Of a DNA stretch of 64,000 bases, positions 14,001-26,000 are shown piece by piece. Origin of the DNA: Phoronis australis (Eukaryota > Animalia > Phoronida); NCBI GenBank assembly GCA_002633005.1, contig NMRA01000110.1:395850-459849 (forward strand), written 5' to 3'. The position numbers were made by a program, and so were the translations under genes. The notes under the pieces were generated by a model, which did no database searches, was not told the DNA's origin, and worked only from the letters and a program-made list of their open reading frames with translations. Within the stretch, counting starts at the first letter, position 1; the number at the start of each line of letters is the position of its first letter.

Positions 14001-17000
14001 GCTCCACATATTACACATGTGCTTAATCATTGCTTCAGAAGTAAACTGGCTACAAATTTTGAAAAAATAGGGTTTTAAACTTGTTAATTAGAAAAGAAAA
14101 TTTGAAATTTTTGTTGCAAATCAAATCAGTCATGTTTATGTGCATGAAGCACACTATCACTAGCTTCAGTTACACTGTTTCATGACATGTCTCAACTGAT
14201 GGACTTAATGCTGGTGATATCAGGACAATCCAACTCATCCAGTGGATAAGTTTTATGTAACAAACCCTACTTTATTTACAAATTCATTCAATCAAAAATC
14301 ACACATTGCATAATACTAATTTCTGTGTAATGCTCCTGCATAAAAACGAAGGCAGAAAACAAATACTGCCTACAACAGGTGGGTCTCAAGCATGTAATGC
14401 TTGAAGTGCCATCTATTGAGTGATGGAAACATCATCTGACAAGGCCACTATCACACACATTGAGGACATTTGCACTAAAATCAAAATTCAAACGCTATGT
14501 AAAATAACATCAGCAGTAAAATTCAAAATATCTACATAAATATTCAAGGAAACAGGACATTGAATAACAAACAGTTCACGTTACCATAGATACATAATTT
14601 ATGTATTGTAATCAGGAACTTCTGAAAGCCCCACCACCAATGATCATCATGCAAAATAACTAGGTACATAAGAACATGAAAGGACAGACAGAAGCAAGGG
14701 TAGCAATATTGTGACCTTCACCACCAATCACCACAACCTTGAAGGGCTGCCTCCACAGAGCCAGTTGAAGCACATCAGAACTTATGGGACAAAAGTTTGC
14801 AAGTGAAGAGTTTACAAGTGAGAACTTAAGGGGCAACAGTTTACAGCCTACAGGTAAGAAGACCGTAAGGGGCAGGGGTTTACAGGTCAGGAAACGTGAC
14901 AACTGTGTGTTGATCACGAACAAACACATCAAAATGCTTATTTCATTCAAATTTCTAAGATTTCTATAACTGCTGCAATAGTTTAACTGAGAAACACCCA
15001 TTACCTTGCTACAAATCAAATGTCAGAAATTTTGTCTTATTCCTTTTCTTTTAACTGTAGTTTGGACTTTTTTATTCCCACAGAAAAAAAAAAATTAGCA
15101 AATCCATTTTTGTTTCGGGTTGACCAAAAATATTCGCTACTTGCCATTTCAAATAGGTGATACACACATTTGTCACATTAAATGAACACTTTACGCCGTT
15201 TGATTTCCAATAACGAGTGTAAACTATATTTACCTGGCTCCACAAACTCTGATGCTGTAAAATCACAAGTTAGCACGTGACTCAAACAAGTGTTAGAACC
15301 AAGGGCAGCAATTAGATTAAAATAAAAAATTTTGTGAATACTAGAACCACTGAACACAAACCTTTTGCAACACTAGAATTTGAACTCGCCGCACTAGTCA
15401 GAAATGTTCGCTCCTTTTGGCTAGCTGGTCGTACGATTTTTGGAAGTTGACGCAAACGTTTTTGTTGAAACAACTGTTCACATTCCCTTATGACAAAATC
15501 CTTGGTTCCAGCTCTACAACTTCCACAGCTGCTTCTGGTGTGTGTATACGATGACTTCTTACGCGAAGACATAGTGTTTTTAATGATACAGTATTAATTA
15601 TACTGCTTTCACACTAGTAATTGAAATATTCCACCTGGTCTCATAGACTTGTGACATTTCCCAAGAAACAGTCAAAGTATTATACTCATACAATTTCCAT
15701 GACAACTAATTTGGTTCTTCAATTTGACTAAAACATCCAGAACTGCTGACCAATCTGTAGACCCTAATACAACTCTTGGATCAATCCCAGACATACATCC
15801 ATACAAGTTTGTTCTCGTCTGATAGCTGCCATAATTTCCTCAAAGCTGTCATGACATCACCAGACATCAATCACTCCATAGTGCAGAACCAACACCAACA
15901 GGTAAATATCACTTCTTAGCAGCAACTGTGAGTCCTCCAAGTTCTTTCAAATTGTTTTATCCATAAACCAAGTAATAGACCTAGTAGTGATGTCTGCTTC
16001 TAAATCCAACAACAAATTAGTGGACGGAGATAGCTCTTCACACAGGCTATACACAAGCTAGTGTTCACGGTCGACCAGTCGAGAATTGAAAGTGAGCAAA
16101 CAGCAATTGAAGAGTTTTTAAATACAACCCATCACCACTCAGAGTCAGTATTTGTTTGTAATTGACAGCTGTATGTCAATGCAAATGAACTCAACAAAAC
16201 GGACTTCCCCACAACAGGCCATTCAACGTTGTGTAAATATTTTAACAGCATAAAGCATCAGTGGCACCCGTACAGTTGTTACTCAGGTGGCACGTGATGC
16301 ATGTGTTGGACAAAAAATGAAACCCAAGAACACCACTGGCCTATTGCGAGCCCACTAATTTAATAATGTGATTAGTAAAAATATGATACAGACGTTACCA
16401 ATAAATATTGAAGCACACGCTGATTAAATATTTACTGTGCAACTTAAAAGAAGTCTAATAAATTAACGACAAATATTTAACTAATCATTTGAATCCGTAA
16501 ACCAACACTAAACAAATATGGGTTGAGCAACTTGACACTTAATTGGATATCGTACATTTTTACAATCTATTCATTAAAACGGAACATTCAAGTATATTTA
16601 CCATGATGCAAGGCCAACAGTATTGTAAGATGTCTCAGACTTTACTGTTGCACAAGACCAAAGACAAATGTCAGAATTAGGCTAACTTTGAAATATAATA
16701 TCTCAGATACGCAGATTTAAATGAAACTCTCAAATACTATGCTTTTTGGACTGCTCTACAATATCCAGACAGGAATTCTTATCAAAGTGATCAGCTTTTC
16801 CATGAGGCTATCAAAAATAGGACTTTTAAGGTTTCTGTGTGTCACAATTTGGTCTGACTTGTATATGATTTGAATATCAAGAGATTGCTGTAGTTAGTTG
16901 GTCTATGCAAAGCCAACCCCTATGTATTGTTATCAAAATGTGCTCGTTTTGCAAGTGCAGGTAGCTGTCATGATTATGCTGGTATACACGTGCTACTGGG

Positions 17001-20000
17001 CAGTCTACCAATAGTTTGGGCGGAGAGCAGTTGTGCTTTGCCACGCTCTTACTTTATATTTGAAGCACATGGTGCTCATACCAGTCAAAACGCTTTGGAA
17101 CATGCAAGCGTGTTTTGTATCGAATATTTGTTAGTACAGGTACTTATATGTTATGCTAGTCAGTTTAATTTACCTGAGCGTTCCGCGCTTTAGAATTTCT
17201 TCTAGATGTAATTCGAAAATAAGTTTATGCTATGGTTGGGTACTGAGTCGGTTGACTTACTTGATACTGTACCTATGTAATTTCTAGGTGACCCTAAGTT
17301 TTATCACCACGCAGCTGAACCATGGGTGCAGGAGGCTGGTCAAGCTGGGCGGCGTAATATTTGTCAAGCAGTGAAAATCTCTGGTGCTGAGAAGCCAAAG
17401 TTGTGGCAAGTGTAGGACCATAGACACTGAGATCCTTGTAAACTATAGCAATTCTCGTATCGGCAATCATTGTGTTTGTGCGTGCGTGCGTGCGTGTGTG
17501 ACAGGTAATATATATTATATAGATAACTTGTTCTGTTTTGTGTCTTGAGAAATTGTCTGACACTAGACGAACTTGACACTGTGAAAAACTGACAAGTCAC
17601 ATGATAAAACAAAAACAAAATGATAACTAAAAAATCTGGATTAAGTTTTTTGAGATTTCATTCATACCAAATGAAATTTGGTAAAGTTATTGATATTGTG
17701 GTTTTGCTATAAATGTAATATTTTTACTAATTTTCATAAAATAAACACGGTCACGTGACCCAATCAACAGCAGATAGGATTTAAACAAAAATGAAATTCT
17801 GCAGGATTTCTGTTTTTACAAAATACATAATTTTCCCATAGTCAAGTTCCATGTTACTCAGATTTAGCTGAATGTATACACCACAGACTTTTCAATAACG
17901 TGTTACATAACCTTGCATGTTGCTATAGTTACCAGAGGACAGACAATATGTTTGCATCTCAACACTATAGTGCTTTGGATGGCATAAAAGCAATTTGCAA
18001 TCACTTCAAAGAAGTTCAACAATCACCGCTTTTTGTAAATGTGAAGAAAGACTGCTGGACTTGTCACAAAAGTGTGATTTTGTTCAAAACGTTTGCATGA
18101 ATTGTGAAGACATTTCCTTAAACTTTTGCATTTCCATAGCTTTGAGAATGAACGTGATCCCAAATTTTTAAGAAAATACAAATATCTCGCATAATAAAGA
18201 ATAAAAAATTTACATGATATGACGTTCTAGACTCACACAAAAGCACTACCGTACAAAGGAAGTGCATTTTATGTAGTATTTAGTATTTGTTATTAACATG
18301 TCAATATTTACAATCTTTATTGTTAAAAAATGTCTTTGTAAATAAGTAAACAGAGATGTTAAGCTATGACAAAAATTGGAATGGCTGACAAATTAATGTT
18401 GCATTACAAAGTTTAACAGCAATATAAAGTCACACAGCAGCAACATTTTATTACTTTTGAAATGAACAATGAGCAGAGCATCCTATTGACACTTGAACAA
18501 ACTAAAAAACATCTAATGTTTGGTGAAAAAACACCTTCAAAACAGAGTCATTGGAGCATATTTGACATACTTTTAGCAAGTGTGAAATGACAGACCACAT
18601 ACTGCACATTAATAGTCATCCTCTCAACAAAGCGATAACAGGAAGCTCAACCGGAGACAGATATTCGAAAATGATAGGATTACATTCAGTTGAGGTTTAA
18701 TCCTGTACTTTCTTCTCAACAGCAAATCTAAGATACATCATCTGTGAACCAGTCCATGGGAAACTGAAACTCATCCAAGTATGCCAGACAGGAGTGCCCT
18801 CTATTGTTGATATGGAAAACTACAGCTTACTGCCTTCAACTCTACCTTTGTCAGCAGTGAGTGACTCAGCAGACAATCAATGGAAAAAGTGGACAGCAGA
18901 TTCATTCACACTATCACTTCATTGATACTACTTGGCAACTTCAAGGTTACTGAAAGTAGGACCCTAGAAAAGGGGACTAACTTAGGAACATTTCTCAGAT
19001 GAGGCTTCTTGGATTCATATCAAACTTTAAGAAACCATGCTTTATGCATTGTTTTCTAAAATGTTGTTTTGGTATGAGGGACAATCAAAAAATAGAACTT
19101 TTATGGTTCATAAGAGAAAAATTTGAAGTTGCATTAAACAAAATCATAATTTAGAAAACAAAAAGTTCATCATTTTTAAAATTTTACATCCAACAAAATT
19201 GGGGTGATGATGATACTGTTATTTTGTTGTGTAATGTGACTTTCTTTTTTTTGCTAAATTTTACTAAAACATGGTCACGTGACCCAATTAATTGATATAG
19301 GTCAAAAATCCAATTCTACAGGCTTCCTACTAGTATAATTCAGTAGCAGCTCCTTGTTAACACAGACTTGATTAAAAATACAACTTTATTCAGGGCTTGG
19401 AATGACCAATGACAAAAAACGCGGAAACTTTTACGGCCCAAAACATGCGCGCTACCCAGCCTTGAAATAGTCAATGTGAACTTTTCACCGACAAAAATCA
19501 GTAGGACGAACGTTACCGCCATCAGTAGCATGCGTCTGCGTCTTTTTATCTCGTCCATCCACTCCGACCCCCACACATTTTTGGCTGCAGAGCCGTAGTA
19601 TTTGTCACCGCGGTTTACAATCACACGGGACGCCATTGAAAATCCCACCACGCTATCCCAGATGCCCCGGCAATGTTGATAATTTACGTTCCTCCGAAAC
19701 ATAAAGAGCAACTTCCGCTTTTCGAGGTGAACGTCGTCGGCAACACCGCGGTAAGAAAGGAATTTGCCGCGGATATTTTATATCAAATCCGATTTTTTTA
19801 CGCGGAAATATAATAAAATGCGCGGAAAGAACATTTGAAAAAAGCGGAAATCCGCGTTTCTGCGGAAAATTCCAAGCCCTGTTTATTTTGTGTTGGACTG
19901 CTTCACAGACACTCACTCCTATTTTCTGTACAGTTAACTGTATGCTAGCTCTGTTCTTCTATTGGCCAGTTAGGCTTCTCACCGTGTGGTACTCAAACAC

Positions 20001-23000
20001 CATGCTTGAATGGTCGTCTACCTGCTGTCACTGTTGATTTTGTTTTTACCATGTTCATTTTATCACGTGCTTTTTATTTTAATTTGTTTATGTCTATTGG
20101 TAATTTACTTCATTCAGCTGTTGATCAAAACTATACAGAGAATACAGGTGAGTGATTGTTGGGCTATCCAATAAAAAACAGTCGTGTTTTTAATCAAACT
20201 TTCTACTTTTCAGAAAATATATACATTTACCATCAGATTAAAATCAATACTTTTTTGCTAATTAGCTCAGTGCACATACTCATCAGTAAGGACCTACGGT
20301 ACATCACGTGAAATATCACGTCTCAGCAAACTAAAACATAGGACGCCTCGACCTTGCACCAATTTACCAGTAAAAGGTTTCTGTTCTATGTCAGATGAGA
20401 GGAAGAGAACTACAGCCAAATATAGAAACTGAAAGGTACTCAAGAGACAGGCATGGATGCCTGCATGGCCCACAGGGGTCACTGCTACAGCTAAATCGGT
20501 CAAAGTACACCAGAGCACGATACACAAGCCAAACAAAGGTCTTGCTGCATAAAAGTTTATACTTCCGAGTATGTTACGCCAGATAACATCTTTCAACATC
20601 AAATTTATCCGCAACTCTCCCCGGAAAATTATTTACACGCACAATTTGTGACAACTGTATACAACCTAAGCCAGCTTACAGAACACCAACTCAGATAAGG
20701 TCACCTACCTACAATGAGATCTTCCTCAAGATCGGTGTCGTAGTCCTCCGAGACGTACTCTCCGACCTCTGTATCATCAACAACTATGAGAGGTACCCTG
20801 TAAACACATCACACTGAGTCAAGCTGTTCCGTTATTAGATTAAGGAGACTATCACACCTCCACTAGGTGAATATGAAAACTAAAATGCTTTTAGGGCCTG
20901 CAGCAGTGTCACCTATCCACTGTACAGAACAGGAACCCTCCCGAGATATTACATGAATTAGAAGTGGAAAGGTACCATTGTAGTAATCAGCTGAGCGTTA
21001 TGTCTGATGACTATGGTGTTCAGCATCTATTTAGTTTGATATTTTGGTGAATATTATGTGTGGGTTTGTTTGTCAAATATTTTGTACTGGATTTGTTTTT
21101 GAGACAAACAGTTTACATTTTTTTTTATGTAGATTAACCCAGTCAAGACATCAGCAAACAGTTGAAACATGACCCATAGCAGCATGACTGGGTTATCTGT
21201 TAGTCCACCTTTGTACAGTAAACAACAGAGCTAATTTGGGAGACTAATGAAATTTCAGTTTATTATATTTATAAAAGAAATAACACCAAGTAAAAAGTTC
21301 ATCATTTTCAAGTTGCGTAATAGAACAAGGCCATGAGCATTTGGAAGACTCAGTTTTAGAAATTATTTTGTTCTTAAGTCATGAAATTTTAGTGACTGTG
21401 GAAAATAAATAAATGTTGTTCATACTTGAGAGGATAATTTCATGGGATCGTACAAGTATTTAAAAACAAAAATAATAACAACAATAATGTTATAATAACA
21501 GAAACATTAAAATGATAATTATTAGTAATCGTTAGACGATGGACATTGTTATTCATCCAGGTAAATTAAGATGCGAAAAACTATAAATCACAGAGGTTTC
21601 AGATTTAAGTTGTCTGACTCATGATCCAGGGCCTTGTAGTTGTTGTCTATAAACACCATCAGAGAGCGACAAAATTTTCACAGGAACCAAAAATTCATCA
21701 ATTCCCAGTAGAAGTCGGGTAAACTCCACAACGTCAGGAAATTATTTTACACTATGTACCAGAAATTGCGATTTATAATTTTTACATCTTATTAGTTATA
21801 CAGTTATCATTTGCGTCCTTTATGTTTTTCGTTCAAACCTATTTCATGCGAGACGCTACACGCACCGCAAATTCACAACAGATGTTACTGCTGTTTTATC
21901 ATCATTATCATTATCACCAGTAAGAACACAATAATCATTATCATTATCACCAGTAAGAACACAATCATCATTATCATTATCACCAGTAAGAACACAATAA
22001 TCATTATCATTATCACCAGTAAGAACACAATCATCATTATCATTATCACCAGTAAGAACACAATCATCATTATCATTATCACCAGTAAGAACACAATCAT
22101 CATTATCATTATCACCAGTAAGAACACAATCATCATTATCATTATCACCAGTAAGAACACAANAGCTCAACCGGAGACAGATATTCGAAAATGATAGGAT
22201 TACATTCAGTTGAGGTTTAATCCTGTACTTTCTTCTCAACAGCAAATCTAAGATACATCATCTGTGAACCAGTCCATGGGAAACTGAAACTCATCCAAGT
22301 ATGCCAGACAGGAGTGCCCTCTATTGTTGATATGGAAAACTACAGCTTACTGCCTTCAACCCTACCTTTGTCAGCAGTGAGTGACTCAGCAGACAATCAA
22401 TGGAAAAAGTGTATAATTCAGTAGCAGCTCCTTGTTAACACAGACCTGATTAAAAATACACCTTTATTTTGTGTTGGACTGCTTCACAGACACTCACTCC
22501 TATTTTCTGTACAGTTAAAGAAGAATGCCACCCAAAAAACAACCTATTCTATATCAAGTTAGATCGAGTAGCTCTACCCGATAACGGCAGGCTCGGTTGC
22601 GTTACCTGACACCTGACGGCAGACGGAGGTGTTCAAATTATCCAATGACATAATTGGTTTCACACGCAGTCTGTTCAGCAGTTCACAACTCGGATTAGTG
22701 GTATCAGCTTATCGCTTGAATTCATCGTTTAACACCAATTAATCGTCAAAATTTGATGTAAAACCCTTAGAAACACACCGAGTTCTTGTAAAAACGTGTT
22801 GTTTTATTTCGCTGTCACGGATTTATTGGTATTTGGACAGATCGTAGCCTACAAAGTTTGGCAGGCCAATTTACCAAGCAGGATTTTGCACGGTCTATTA
22901 CCTTTGCTGCCGGTATCAAAAGCTGGTAATGCAGTGGTTTATTCATTGCTGGCTTCTTAAAACATTTGCACTTACTAGCACTCCAAGGCAATACAAATTG

Positions 23001-26000
23001 TATCTAATGAGACAGACTTTGATTCGGTTTCATATAAGCATTGGTTATGAGAATAATTCATTTTGAAACAGAACGCAGAATAATGAACGTCTACGCAATT
23101 TCGACTTAGTCAAGAGATCATCCGACGAAGACCACACTGGTCGGATCGTTACTATAGGTTTCACAGGCTACCGGTTCGAACCGGAATACACTGATTAAGA
23201 AATACTAGTGATGAGGCACCGTGAACATGCACAGGCAACGGAAAGTATGGATAGTTCTTTGGTAAGCTGGAATTCGTCAGAGAAATCACTGTCCATGAAA
23301 TGCCAGCCACAGACACGGAGATGTTTCACGGTCTCATACTTGCTATTAACAGCGTACCTTTCATTCTTCACTACCGCGAGCCACTTCCTAAGCATTTCGG
23401 GCTCTCGAGGAAGTCGAAAAAAACGATATACCCGCTTTCTTCGCAGCTTCATACTTCGGACAAGCGGGAACCGATGCACTGCAATATAGCGACATTCACT
23501 CTGCAGACGCACCACTGATGTCGCTGCGTCGCTCCTCACCTTCCTCACAGGTTAACGTGACACCTCCCGGCAAGGTGAGGTCGACCGTATAAGAGGTGAT
23601 GTGGATATAGACCGATTAAGACTGTAAAAAAGACTAATTAAATCGGGTGGCATTCTCCTTTAACCATATTCTAGCTCTGTTCTGCTATTGACCAGTTAGG
23701 CTTCTCACCGTGTGGTATTCAAACACTATGTTTGAATGGTCATCTACCTGCCGTCACTGTTGACTTTGTTTCTACCATGTTCATTTTATCACATGCTTTT
23801 TATTTTAATTTGTTTATGTCTATTGGTAATTTACTTCATTCAGCTGTTGATCAAAACTATACAGAGAATACAAGTGAGTGTTTGTTGGGCTATCCAATGA
23901 AAAACAGTCGTGTTTTTAATCAAACTTTCTACTTTTCAGAAAATATATACATTTACCATCAGATTAAAATCAATACTTTTTTGCTAATTAGCTCAATGTA
24001 CATAATTATCAATAAGGACCTACATCAAGTGAAATATCACGTCTCAGCAAACTAAAACATAGGACGCCTCGACCTTGCACCAATTTACCAGTAAAAGGTT
24101 TCTGTTCTATGTCAGATGAGAGGAAGAGAACTACAGCCAAATATAAACACTGAAAGGTACGCAAGAGACAGGCATGGATGCCTGCATGGCCCACAGGGGT
24201 CGCTGTTACAGCTAAATTGGTCAAAGTACACCAGAGCATGATACACAAACCAAACAAAGGTCTTGCCGTATAAAAGTTTATACTCCGAGTATGTTACGCC
24301 AGATAACATCTTTCAACATCAAATTTATCCGAAACTCTCCCCGGAAAATTATTTACACGCACAATTTGTGACAACTGTATACAACCTAAGCCAGCTTACA
24401 GAACACCAACTCAGATAAGGTCACCTACCTACAATGAGATCTTCCTCAAGATCGGTGTCGTAGTCCTCCGAGACGTACTCTCCGACCTCTGTATCATCAA
24501 CAACTATGAGAGGTACCCTGTAAACACATCACACTGAGTCAAGCTGTTCCGTTATTAGATTAAGGAGACTATCACACCTCCACTAGGTGAATATGAAAAC
24601 TAAAATGCTTTTAGGGCCTGCAGCAGTGCCACCTATCCACTGTACAGAACAGGAACCCTCCCGAGATATTACATGTATTAGAAGTAGAAAGGTACAACAG
24701 TTTACTGTAGTAATCAGCTGAACGTTATGTCTGATGACTATGGTGTTCAGCATCTATTTAGTTTTGATATTTTGGTGAATATTATGTGTGGGTTTGTTTG
24801 TCAAATATTTTGTACTGGATTTGTTTTTTGAGACGAACAGTTTACATTTTTTTTGTATGTAGATTAACCCAGTCAAGACATCAGCAAACAGTTGAAACAT
24901 GACCCATAGCAGCATGACTGGGCTATCAGTTAGTCCACCTTTGTACAGTAAACCCCAGAGCTAATTTGGGAGACTAATGAAATTTCAGTTTATTATATTT
25001 ATAAAAGATATAACACCAAGTAAAAAGTTCATCATTTTCAAGTTCCGTAATAGAACAAGGCCATGAGCATTTGGAAGACTCAGTTTTAGAAATTTATTTG
25101 TTCTAAAGTCATGAAATTTTAGTGACAGTGGAAAATAAATATATGTTGTTCATACACAAGAGGATGATTTCATGGGATCGTACAAGTATTTAAAAACAAA
25201 AATAATAACAACAATAATGTAATAATAACAGAAATAGTAAAATGATAATTATTAGTAATCGTTAGACGATGGACATTGTTATTCATCCAGGTAAATTAAG
25301 ATGCGAAAAATTATAAATCACAGAGGTTTCAGATTTAAGTTGTCTGACTCATGATCCAGGACCTTGTAGTTGTTGTCTATAAACACCACCAGAGAGCGAC
25401 AAAATTTTCACAGGAACCAAAAATTCATCAATTCCCAGTAGAAGTCGGGTAAACTCCGCAACGTCAGGAAATTATTTAACACTATGTACCAGAAGTTGCG
25501 ATTTATAATTGTTTACATCTTATTAGTTATACAGTTATCATTTGCGTCCTTTATATTTTTCGTTCAAACCAATTTCATGCGAGACGCTACACGCATCGCA
25601 AATTCACGACAGATGTTACTGCTGTTTTATCATCATCATTATCACAAGTAAGAACACAACCATCATAAGTACTACCCACCTGTCCATCCCCTCCTCATCC
25701 TCCAGCCCCTCCACATCCTCCAGCCCTTCCACATCCTCCTTCAAGTTGTTATTCACCTCCACCACCTCACCCTCCCCGCCCCCCTCGCCCTCCGCAGGTA
25801 ACTGCGTCTCCAAGTTACCAGTTTTGGGTCGGTTTGCATTTAGTAATGCCTCAAACTCAGCCTCATCTGAAACAACATGGGCATTTAATCAATGTAAAAC
25901 TTACCATGTGCTTAATGACATTACCATATCCTGTAGTATTAACAAATTTAAGTTATTGAAAAATGACCAGCTTTAATTCCCTTCTGCAAATTACATTATC

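Larger units (their letters stand above)
18644..25660. repeat. Near-identical ~3.5-kb tandem duplication (18644-22162 vs 22164-25660), probably two haplotypes
   Basis: The second copy starts immediately after a single N (22163) with AGCTCAACCGGAGACAG, the same as 18644. The copies differ by scattered SNPs and reciprocal TE/indel presence. Confidence 0.9.

Noticed and set aside
20709-20797. Genuine duplicated / mutually exclusive exon
   Set aside because: Identical to 24429-24517 and bounded by an N join; a haplotype artefact is more parsimonious.
21811-22245. Poly-Ile / DNDND repeat ORFs
   Set aside because: Translations of the 33-bp VNTR, crossing an N join.
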